Below are positions 38,401 to 50,234 of a stretch of DNA of 64,000 bases, one piece after another. The notes beneath the pieces are model-generated. The model searched no databases. It was not told the origin of the DNA and saw only the letters and a list, made by a program, of their open reading frames with translations. The DNA lies in the NCBI GenBank assembly GCA_038496445.1, contig JALMLS010000064.1, positions 124,001 to 188,000 of the forward strand, written 5' to 3'. This DNA comes from Trichosphaerium sp. ATCC 40318. Its lineage: Eukaryota; Protista; Tubulinea. Positions within the stretch are counted from its first letter, which is position 1, and each line of letters opens with the position of its first letter. The translations under genes were made by a program, and so were the position numbers.

Positions 38401-41400
38401 AACAGTGACACGTGTCAACTGAAATGGAGCTGGGTACTCAACAAGTATATCTACTACATCACGTGCTTTGTATACTTGATGGTTTGACTGGAACATGCAG
38501 ACAGGAATGTTGCTATTGTCTTTTTCTCTTGGCGCTTGTACTATTGTTGGAATAATTGGACCATCTAAAATCAATAGCTTTTAGCATACACACCACTTGG
38601 TTTGAACGATGTACCTTGGTCTAACCCTAATACCATCGCAATATTATGTTTAAATTTTATTTCGCCTACACTGCCTTTAGAGTCTCGCAAAGAAATTTCA
38701 AAAAAGAACATACCATTTGTGGTATCATAAATTTTAATAGTATCTTGTCTTTCAGTATCATCTCTTGTGAGTCTTCTCGATCTGGGCTGTACTGAGTGCG
38801 TTCCTTCTTTTTCTTTGGTGTCTTTAATGGTTTTGTGAGACACTTTAGATGAGTATCGGCGAGCTAAGACAGACGATGAGTATCGACGTACTAAGATAAA
38901 CGTGTATAAGCCGTATGTTACAAAAAAAAACTTTACCCAAACTTTTCTTATCCTTCGACTTCTTAGTCAACGTATGACTTTCCGTCTCCATTGTGATTGC
39001 TGTTTCCAGTTTTACGGCATTGGCTGGTGCTCCACCTTTATGAACAACGTATATGTATTTTCCATCTGATACTATAGGGCATAGACGAAGACTCTGCTCT
39101 AGCCATTGTGACGCCTCAATAATACGGTCTTCATGACCATCGAGGCGTGCCCATAACATCAATACGCTGCCCAACATGTAGCATGCTTCACTGGTTCTTT
39201 GGAAGCCTATAACTACCTTTAACATTTGCTGCGCAGTGTTGAGCATCAGATTTAATCTTTGAGTATTCAGCGGTTTCTCTTTGGACTAATGTAAAAAGTT
39301 GAGACTACCAATATTTTAGATAGGGTATACCTCAAGCATGGCTCTAACTCTATCCGATATGAGTCGTGCTTTTGTCAATAAATCATTCCTAAGAGCTCAT
39401 TAATCGAAACTGTATAGTCTTTAGAAAACAATATAGTACACATAATCCGGCTTGTGCTCGAATGCTTTCTCGTATTTTGTGGCTGCCTGAAATCGAAAAT
39501 AAGTAAACAAAAACAAACCAAAAAAAAAATTACAACATACCTCAGAGAACTTTCCAACTTGAGCCTGGTACTCTTCCTTTCGAATACCAAGGTCAATAAG
39601 TACGTTTCCCCATTCGAACCACGCCTGGTGAAATCCTGCGTGGAGGTGCACGGCAGACTATGGTCAAAATAGGTAAGTAATAAATCGGGCATAGAAACGT
39701 TACCTTAAACTTTTCTGCAGCACTTTCCAATAGTTTTAAGCCTTCTCCAGGCTTCGATGAGCGTTTTCCTTGCTCTAAAAGCAGCATACCCCACAAATAT
39801 ATTGTTTGTTCAGACTGTGTGCGTGCTGCTACAGCCTTGGTGAACTTGTCGTTTACCAATTGCCACAATCTATCCGCCTACAGCGACAAGTCAACAAAAA
39901 AAGAATTACTACAGCTTTGAGATTGACACGCACTTGTGCACCACTAGCATTTTTGAATTTGTAAAATAGTGCTTTAGCTTCGGCCTCGTCAATAAGTCCA
40001 AGATGCTTAACTTTGGCTTTAATTTCCACTATATCCGCGTCTAGCAATCTACACCAATACCATTAGCACTTACTCGCTTCTTAAGGTTGTTGTTACGTAC
40101 CGAATACTGTGAGGATGTATTTTAAGCTCAACCATCATTTGCTCGCTAAGGCGTACACCTGAGAGCTCTTGTATACGTGTGAACAATAGTAAAAAGTCAT
40201 CTGGAAGCCATCCACTCTTGTACAGAGCGTAAGAAAAACAACACATTATTTAGTGGTACCATACCTGCAACCTGCCTTCCTCGGATCGTTCCTTCTTTGT
40301 TAGTGCAACTGTTCCAAACTTGGCTTGTATTTGTAGTTTGACAGTACGCTTCCAAAATATCTCAGAACGCTGGCCATTTCGGCCCAGGATAAGATTCAAG
40401 AAATCAACAATAACACTCCTGGCTGTGGTTTAGACTGTATTCACACTAGCGAGAATTTGTACCTGTATGGTTCTTCAGATGGTATTCTTATGGATCTCAT
40501 TTTTCGTCTTAGCAGCCTGTTCAGCCTGTTTTTTACCACTCTACTTATCAATTCAATTAAAAGCAACCTCCGTAGACCACCTGGAGCTACAGAATCACGT
40601 ATAAAACCAAGGTGACGAATATTAATCTAACACAAAGTCAACATCACTTTTGCAACTGTTTTTTTTGATAAAATGACGTACCCCCTCTCGATGCATTTCC
40701 TCAGTTAATCTGAACTGAGAACTATCCAATAGATGGTAGATTGGCATATTTGCTAACTTGGCAGCGAATCTAGGAACGATAACCTCAAGAAGGAACCGTG
40801 AAGCATTTTCCACTTCCTTTTCATCTTGCTTCTTGTGATCACCCATACACCAAGGCGTAAAAGCATCACTGTTGAGTTGTATTCCATAACGCCTTTATAA
40901 GAGTGAGTAATGAAAAAAGATGCTTTGTGTTTTTACAACGTACCTCACTAACTCAGGACGCAACTTATTGAAATAAACACGCCTATCATCAACTTTGACA
41001 TCACGCAATACAGCCTCAGGTGGAAATACCCTGGCAAAATCGAGAACGTAGTATCTACCGTCTGTGCCCAAGTGACCTTCAATGTCTCCTGGTCCAGCTA
41101 TCGACTTGCCTCGCAAAAGGTGGGGTTTGATCAACAACTGCCTTGCTGCTATTTCCATCTTTTCATTTAGTTCAGGTATATCAGCGTGTACAGTTCTAAT
41201 CATGATAAGTCAGTGTATTCTTTTTAAGAAATATGTAACAACAAAAACAAACCTTCCACCATCACTACTTCCGTATCTTAGCGTGTCACCTCGTACAGGT
41301 ACAATAGACATGGCCACCAACCTGTAGCCTCTGTAATCGATGAGTGCCATCAATGGATAGTGAAGTTCTGGGACTGTAGTGTTGTAGTAACTCATCAAAG

Positions 41401-43317
41401 ATTCTGTTAAATGGTGAGGTTAGTATCAATGTATTAAATAACCAAATTGTTTTAATGCGCGCTTACTTAGATCATGACCAGCTGCTTTAGCAGCATTCCT
41501 ATCAGATTTGTGAAAGCCACCGTACATCCAGAATTCGTTCTCGGTGAACCCTTTGTCTTGGAGATTTACATCGACCGCAAACTTAAACATGATGTTTTGG
41601 ACGACATATTTTTCACCTCCAGCCATACCACCGAGTACTTTAGGTTTTATTGTTTTTTGTTCGTCAGGTAAGTAACGTTCAGATATCACAATACGACCAT
41701 ACGTTTGTGCGGCGTACACAAAATCATGGGCCAAGTTTGACAATTTCGAAAACTTCTCGACACTTTCGGGCATTGATAAAATACGTTGAAACTCTAAACA
41801 CAATTTTAAAAACCATCTTTTGAATGACTTGATGTTGCGCTTTTGTAATAAAAAACAAAAGAGAGCTCGTACCTTTGTTCCAGTCTTTTGCCATCGCCGC
41901 GGCGTTGCCAGCTCCTGGACTCCTTAGCATGTCATCTGCATCCTCCTCTTCCGATGAATGGCTCTCCGCACTATCAGATTCATAATAATCACTATCAGAG
42001 TCGCTAGAGCTTGAGTCTGTATCGCCTGAACTGTCTGGTATTGCTTCTGGCGAGTAAAAAGTGGGTGTTGAGCCATTTGACGGACGGGGAGGGTCTTCTG
42101 GCTCAAAATCTGCAGGTTCAAGAGGTCCATGAGCATACATTGGTTGACGCGGCTGAGACGAAGAGCTATCATCAGTGTCCTCGTCACTATCGGTGTCAGC
42201 ATCCGTATCGGAGTCGCTTGATTCATCAGACGAGCTGTCATCAAAACCTAAAGGCGCTTGTGCGTAGAGTACTTGTGTTTTTGAAGTATTCTGCCGCGCT
42301 GGTATGCGAGTGTCGACATCATTGCGAGGACTTTTTGTATAACGTTGCCGTTCAATATTGGAGTGTGGTGGTGTGGATTTAGGTGGTGAGCGTTCAGTAC
42401 CGGAATTCTGGGGACGTGGAGAATATGGAAGAACGCGTGAGCTGCTGCGTCTTACTCTTGCTGGTAAGTCTACAACGGAATCTCCAACAAATGTAGATTT
42501 GATAGGGGATTCTCCACGCATAGGTCGCAATACAGATATAATGCGCTTCCCTGGCTCTTTTGTGGAAGTTAGTAAACTAATGACAGCATAAAATGATGAC
42601 CGTACCAGGTGACAATTTTGACGAAATCTCTGGGGACGACTTGGACTTTAACAGAAATGTTAGCATCATCACACTACTACGCCTTTCAAAAAAACATACC
42701 ATTCTGCGATTAATGTAAAGTTTCTGCTTGGGTAACTCTACGGTTTGTTCTTTCACTAGTTTGGTGCTCTTTGGGTGTTGTCTACCGACGTATAGCGAGT
42801 GTCCAGTTGTTGCAGGAAGTGTCACTTTTGACGGCTTCCTTCGTTTCTCTCGCGGCACGAATGGCTCCTAGAGGAGTTGGCTTTTGGTAGTATATATGAC
42901 GTCGTACAGGTGATGGTTCGCGTTTTGTAGCGAATTGTTTTTGGCTTACTACTTTCGTTGTTTGTGGGTGCGTTGAGGGTACGCTTGGGGAGTTTATGGC
43001 ACTTCCACTAGCCTTAAAAGCCTTATGAGCTCCGATTGCTTTGTATGATAGCTTCCGTGGCTTGTTTTGCACGAACCTAGGTGGGTATTAGCGAAAAACG
43101 GTTTTTGCTTTCTATTACTTCGTTTTAATTGGCGAATTGAGCGTATTACGCCTTGGTGAGTCCGGTCTATAAACAAACGATGATTGAGGACTACGTGACG
43201 AGCGGGCAGTAGAAGCTACATGAGTTACAATGCTATATCGCCACGGTGTTAATTAAATAACGTACTGACACGTCTTTGTGGAGAGGTTGTGTGAGGATGT
43301 TCACAATGTTTTTCCAT
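35464..43317 (-). CDS. Large CLU-domain protein 2: S/P/D-rich N-terminus - CLU - TPR-like - Cys-containing LRRs (multi-exon), paralog of 12530..19609
   Basis: IMFKFAVD, AAKAAGHDL, LHYPLMALIDYRGYRLVAMSIVPV and PGDIEGHLGTDGRYYVLDFARVFPPE. TPR-like YLWGMLLLEQG and AWFEWGNVLIDLG. LRRs LILTGCTRITD, LNLAGCGITD. ATG at 43317 inferred by splicing. Confidence 0.85.
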
Positions 43318-43797
43318 CGGTTATATTTGTAAGTGAGACATTGTAGGGACAACTGTACAGGTAAACAGTTTGTTGTACGCGATAAAAGCAGATTTACCAA
43401 TTTAAGAACACCTCTGACCCATAAAAAAAAGCCACTTGTGGCGCTATGTGACATAGTTTGGATAACATATGAGAAGCTTACTTTTTAAGCAACCAGTATA
43501 AATTTCACAAATAAGGGATGCGGTATAAACCAGCTTGAGCCCAACGCTCTCAATAGAAGGTGTTGTAGGCACATGCCGAAAAGCCATGTAAAAAAACACG
43601 TTAAGCTGTTGTACACTCACAAGATGATACGCTGTGGATGTCTTACGCGTCTGAAATGTGCCTAGATTCATACAACATTATAGGAAAGACACAATAATGG
43701 ATTTGATAATTTCTGGCGTTTTTTTTCTGAATGCGATTATCGTACTAAGTTGTGTATCGCTTTAAAACCTCAAAAAACGGCATCAAACAAGTACCCA

Positions 43798-46700
43798 ATG
43801 GAAAAGGACCCCGAAAAAACAGTTCAGAGCGCTGTTGTAATTACTTTACCACCAACACTTTGGCAGCGTATTCAAAGGATTCGTTGCCTTCACGACAAGA
43901 GCTTCGTGCGTTGGATGCCTCACATTAATATTTTATATCCTTTTGTTGCGGCAAGTGCGCTCTCAGATGCAAGTACAGATATACAACAGGTAACTAGGCT
44001 CTATTTTAAAAAAATAACATAAAAATAGGCCGTACAGAATATAGAGCCTTTCACAGTGACTTTGGATAGCGTTGATTGCTTCGTTCACGCTAAATCATCA
44101 ACTGTATTTTTAAAACCGTCCGTTGAGGTAGTATAAGCTCTCATCTTTTATTTCACTTACATTAACTAGACAACCAAAGATATAACAGGCTTGCATGATG
44201 CATTGGTGGCTGCGTTTCCCTTTTGCGATGACCTAGACAGTATTGGATCTAATGGTTTTCAACCACACATGTCTGTTGCATCGTTTTCTGCTGATGCGGT
44301 ACGCTCGAATACTTCCTAGTTTTTTTGACATTAATCAGCGCTTAGAATTATACAAAAGAACGTGTTCAAGAATTTTCAGTGACATTTGAACCTATCACAT
44401 TTACAGTTGATCACGTGTATATTATCAACCGTAATGGTAAGGTCCCATTCGCAATTAAACACGCTATACCACTTATGGGTGTGAAATCTACGTCATTACT
44501 ACAAGATATAAATAAACAGGTGGCAACTATTCGAGCTGTATGTCAAAAACTAATCCCACGTGACATTTCTTGAAATGTTTGACTTACGTTTGTTATCAGG
44601 AAGCAGATGCAGAAAAGAAGTTGTGCAAGGAAGGAAATTCGTTTCGAATTTCGCGTTGCCAGAAATACGATAGTTCAAGTAAAGAATGGAGTAATGTTCC
44701 TTGCGAATCTATTGAAAACTCAACTGTAAAAGAAATGACAGTCGTTTCCTTTAACGTTCTGTTTGACCTTTACAACAAATCACAGATTCACACAAAACAC
44801 AGAATACCTATGCTATTGAAAGAACTAAAGAAAACCGATGCAGATATCATTGGGTTGTGTGAAGTCACAATAGGTTTTTTGAAGACACTCACCGAACAAG
44901 ATTGGGTTCGTCAAAACTATTATATCTCAGACTCAGGTAATTAATTGACTTCGTCGTATAAATCATTTGACTAATCTCTTTTATTAGATGGATACAGTGT
45001 AAGTCCTTACGGTCAGATTGTATTATCAAAGTTTGCGTTCACTCCTTTGTGGCATCCATTTTCCATACACAAATCTGTCGTCATTGCTCAATTTCTTATC
45101 AATGACACACCTCTGTTTGTTCCTGTAATTCACTTGACATCAAATCACTCCACTTCTTCGACACTATCTCAAAGACGTGCGCAAAATATGAATCAAATTT
45201 ATACGCGAGTTCTTGCCAAAGGCAAAGGCGATTGTATCGTCATGGGAGATTGGAACATTGCTGATGGAGAAGAAGACACAAACAAAGTCATGCACTCTCG
45301 TAAGTTATAAACATTTTGTTGTTATTTTAACATTTGGGATAGAATTCACCGATGTATGGACTGTACTCAAGCCTTCTGATCCAGGATTCACGTTCGAGCC
45401 TTCGAAAAATACCATAGCAGCAGTTAACTCAACAAGTGGAAATGATACAAGATTTGATCGCATAGTAGTGAGGTAGATAGCCCTTAAGGTTGTTATTTTA
45501 TCTTAACAATTCCTATAGACGAACTACAAGGATTAAGGCAAAATCAATCGATATTATTGGCAATAAAGGCGAATGTTTAGATGTCGGTGATGGTGTCATA
45601 AAGGAACTCTTCCCGTCCGATCACTACGGTGTTAGGTACTTAATTGACTTGATTAAAAACAAAAAAGTACTCACACTTTTGTCAAGGTGTACCTTCACGT
45701 TTGGCGAATTTAAGGAACAGAGTTCTGACCTAACAAAGACTGTTGTTCAAAAACATGATGCTGTTAACTCTTCGTTTGATATAGTTGGCATGCTTCGCAG
45801 AGAGAACATGCTTGAAACTGATGAGGGCAATAAGAGACGAAAAGAAGCTCTTGCTATCCTTGAACCTCTCTTGCACAAAGTAACCCAAGACGAATTTGAA
45901 CCCCAGATAAAGCTGCTCACTATGGGTTCTGTCCAGTTCAATATTCATGGCCCTAACGACGATATTGACGTTGTATGTGTTGGAAACATGGGCTATAAGC
46001 TTTTCTTCCAAGTTGGTGCAAGAATCCTACAACAGTCCAAGCCTCTTGGCGTCGAACTCAAACAGGTACAGCAACGCCTACAATAGATGTAGATCTAACA
46101 GTCACCGTAGTGCGTTCTTGACGCAAAAGTGCCTGTAATGAAACTATCGATTAATGGTGTGGATATTGATTTGCTCTATTCGTGCATAAACAAACCAATT
46201 GACAAGTTTTTTGACTTAAAGTCATTAACACCAATTGAAATCCGCCGTATGGACTCAGTTTCTGCCATGAGTGTATGTTAACCATTTTACCTTGTTTTTG
46301 CGCTTACCCATGTGCTCAGGTGAATGGATACCGCGATGCTATAACACTGTTAGAGCTTATTCCGAACAGAAAAAACTTCACTACGGTTGCTAGGTGTATA
46401 AAACTTTGGGCAAAACGTAAGTGTTCGTCATTGTTGGTAGCACTAACACAGTTTAGGACGTGGTTTGTATTCCAACAGACTTTGCTTCTTTGGTGGATAC
46501 GGTTGGGTAGTATTAGCTGCCAAGATTTGCCAAATGTATCCAAAGTAAGTGTTCTGTTATCTAGTTCTGTGACTACAATATATTAACTTTGATTAGAGCT
46601 GACGTGCCTACGCTCCTAGCAAACTTTTTCAAAGTATACAGCACGTGGGATTGGAGAAAACCAGTATTTTTAGAGACTCTTGACAAACCAAGATACGCAA

Positions 46701-47900
46701 TGAATCCCCAGGTATAGAAACAACGCTCTATAGTTTTATTAACTGGTTGTTAACAGAAAGACATCATGTGCCTCCTTACAATCAACTCTCCATGGCGTAA
46801 TATTGCAAGGAATATTACTAAATCTACATCTAAGCTAATACTACGAGAAATGGACAAGGCAAAGCAATTCATTGAGAGCGGGTCTTGGTCGAATGTATGG
46901 GCTCCTGTTGACTTTTTCAAGCGCTTTAAAGCCTTTGTTCAAATCAATGGTATGCTCTTAGTCAACTTGTTTATAACTCACTTAAAATACTAGTATCTGC
47001 CATGACTAGGAAAGAGTATGCGAACTGGAGAGGAATGGTAGAGTCACGCATAGTTGATCTAGTAATTAAGATAGAAAATGGTTTCCCTATTCTTGGTACG
47101 CACTCTTTTTGTTACTTTTGGAACAATTACTAATCGTTAACTCAGCTATTCCATGCACGCTCAAATACAAAGAAACATTATCTGGATTTCCATACAGTTG
47201 TACCTATTTTGTTGGATTGAAGCTGTTGAATTCCGAGGACAAGAATAAAAACCATGACATTGCATCCCCAATACAACAATTTGAAGAAGGAGTCTTAAAA
47301 TGGCCTCAAATGACATCTGGCATGTTCTTACAGACTGCTCAAATTTCAAGGTAGCTAAAAAACTGCACACATTGTCTTTGTTTTGCATAACTTTTTGTGT
47401 AGAGCAAAACTACCACATCTTGAGGAAGATGACGAATCTGCACTTGAACAAGAAGAGGAAGTAGAACAGGAAGAAGTTACACCAACACCTGAAGAAGAGG
47501 TGAAGAATACACCTGACAAACGCGTTCACACATCCAAAAAAATAAGCAGGTCAAACAAAGCCAAAAAGCAAAATCCAAATGAGGATGATAGGCCAATGGC
47601 GTTTACGCCGTCGGACAAGATTCTGAATAGGTACTTTTTGCACTTACATCCTGAGTGGTAACTAACGTTTGTTTTTTTTGCAGAATCAAGTGGGACCCAA
47701 CATTTGACACATCAGAGTATGTCATTGTTTATGAGGATAGATTTGTTGGTAATAAGGAAATGCAGTTCGATGATTTCAGAAAGGATGACGATCACTGGTT
47801 TCCGTTTCATCGTATAAGACAGATAAAACGTAACGGTGTTGTTGTGTGGGATAGGTCTAAGAAGCTTGATAAAATAACCAACAATATGATGGACGAATAA
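43798..47900 (+). CDS. Multidomain RNA-processing enzyme: 2H phosphoesterase - EEP phosphatase/nuclease - poly(A) polymerase - MJ1316 domain (multi-exon)
   Basis: 2H motifs PHINILYPF and PHMSVASF. EEP motifs VVSFNVL, DIIGLCEV, IHLTS, MGDWN, RFDRI, PSDHYGV. Nucleotidyltransferase GSVQFNIHGPNDDID...VDIDL and CIKLWAKRRGLYSN. MJ1316 RIKWDP...IVYEDRFVG...PFHRIRQIKRNGVVVWDR. Confidence 0.92.
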
Positions 47901-48242
47901 ACAACTGTTCACTTACCTTACTTGATTGTACAACAACCAAACAAGTGCTACCAAACAAATTAAAGTGAAAACTAATTACTAAGCAATACGGAGTTTAAAG
48001 TACTTGATGACTAAGACATACCAGTCTGTTCAGATGGTGTAGGATGCGTCTTATAAAAGTTGATTGAGAAAAAACAAAGAAAACAAAAAGTATTAACCAC
48101 CCTAAAACCGATTTTTCCGTACATTGAATTCATTGCACTTGATATGTTTACACTTATCTAACCCATGTTAAGATATGCTTTCGCTACTCTAGATGACTCT
48201 GTTTCTACTGGTACCTATGCTTCAGAACTTTTCAAGGGTCCT

Positions 48243-48288
48243 ATTGGACAAGTTCACGTGACTAGCTGTTGTTGTCATTTCAACCAAT
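48243..48288. promoter_or_regulatory. Candidate promoter: E-box TCACGTGA between two oppositely oriented CCAAT boxes
   Basis: ATTGG 48243-47, CACGTG 48255-60 and CCAAT 48284-88, 75-120 bp upstream of the F-box gene ATG. Motif match only. Confidence 0.4.
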
Positions 48289-48361
48289 AGCTTAAAACAT
48301 AAGCGAGCTTTTTTGATTGTTGCTTAAATCAATGAACGTCACAAACATAAATCAACGTGCA

Positions 48362-50172
48362 ATGCAAGCCAGTCCTAATAAAAGAAAAGGATCGCCGACA
48401 ACTGTCACATTGCAACATTTCCTTTCTTTACCAAGTGAGATACACGATGAAATATTCTACCTTCTGAGTAGTTGTTCCCTATTAAAAGTAAAACTGGTGT
48501 CTAAAAGCTGGAAAAAGCGAGCTTGGTACGACATTCTAAATAAACTGTACTAACGCTCATGTCTACGCAGTAAAAACGTATTCTGGCATAAATTTTGTGA
48601 AGATGCTCTTGGCGTGCAAATTGCGCTCACGAAACAACCCTGGTTATCCTTCTACCGCCAACTCTACGCGCAAGGTACCCACAGACGCGTTAAAGTCTTG
48701 TTTTAACCAACGCAATTAGGATTACGCGTTTCAGCTCTTAACACTCTCGATATCAGAGACGATTACGCCGACTGCATACGTATATCCGAAGATAACTTGT
48801 CAATATTGAATGGCACCTCTGGAACAGACGGAGACCACGTACGTCTATTACAGCCCTTGGAAATTTCATATTTTTTTAATTTTGATGCCATCTGACACCC
48901 TTACAGATTGTTGTTGCCAAGTGTTGCTGGGGAGATTCGAATCCAACAATAAACTTGAAATGTTGTATTAACAGCAGCACTGGAGCTAAGTACTTTAAGT
49001 TTGTTGAGCAAGAATACATGTACTACGAGGTGACAATAAAAGAAAAACCAAAAATATTGCGGATATCACAAGAAGAAAGGTACATGCGCCCAACTGCAAG
49101 TTTTTACCTGCGCCCCAAGTTTTATACTGTAACTTACTTTGTAATAGGCGTGATATGACCCCATGCGTTGCCATTGGGCTTGCGTTAAAAGGAGTATTTC
49201 CTTATGTAAATTGTCAGCCTGGATGGCGCAGAAATTCTATTGGTTACCATGGAGATGATGGCAACGTGTTTGCACACAACGAGTCAATCCCTGAATATGG
49301 CCCAAAGTTTGGTATAGGCGATACTGTCGGCTGTGGAGTACATATTAAAGACCGGTATATATTTTTTACATTCAATGGTGAACCCCTCGGTATGTTAGTA
49401 ACCCGCTCGTTCAAAGTACTGATTCCATTCTTTTTAAAGATATTGCTGTAAAGTCTGTAATTAAGAAGTTCAGCATGAACTTCATCTGCCCCACAATAGG
49501 ACTAGATACTGATGAGATTGTACGCTTTCACTGAACCAAGCTTGTTGTTTTCAACCCAAAAAAAATGAACGCTTACACCGTTATGGAAAATAGGTTGATG
49601 TCAATTTCGGAGCTAAGCCATTCAAATACAACTTTGAGAAGCTCCCTAAATTCTCTTCAAGAGCATTAGAAGACTTTGGCGCTACTGTAGACTTTGATAG
49701 AGGTAACTTACTTACTTAGCCACATATCCAATTAATCGTTTAAAAATTACTAAATTATCCATTTTAGAAGCAATTGTCCGCCTCCTATTAAACTTTCAGA
49801 ATATTGTGGACGCGTATCAAAATGAGTTTGAAGAAGATCAAGATGATGATGAGGAAGAGAATGACGATGACGATGAGGATGCCATTAACGATGATATTGA
49901 TGCAGAGGCATATGGCATTGGTGAAGATGGTGAATTGGTGCGCTACTAGTTGGTTCTCCCTTTCTGGTCTAACTGTGATAAAGGGAGAAGACCTGGACGG
50001 TTTGAATGATGAGATTGCGTTCGAGGAGGCTCTTGAAGAGATTGAAGACATAGCAGTTGAATATGGCATCACTCTACAGCACTTGCGCGCTTTAGCTAAT
50101 GAGCAAGGTGAAAATGATGACGAAGAAGACGAAGATGATGAAGAAGACGATCAAGAGGAGAACAATGCCTAG
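48362..50172 (+). CDS. F-box + SPRY (RanBP9-type) protein with acidic tail (multi-exon)
   Basis: F-box FLSLPSEIHDEIFYLL...KVKLVSKSW. SPRY YYEVTI, VAIGLA, PGWRRNSIGYHGDDG, GPKFGIGDTVGCGV, FFTFNGEPLG. D/E-rich end. Confidence 0.9.
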
Positions 50173-50234
50173 AGACAAAATAAACATGAGTTTTTGTATC
50201 AATTTATTCACCATTGTATCCGCAGTTACAACTA

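Noticed and set aside
49804-50172. ORF with Met/Lys-rich N-terminus
   Set aside because: Wrong-frame read of the acidic exon plus an intron. Only its 3' half is the last exon of the F-box/SPRY gene.
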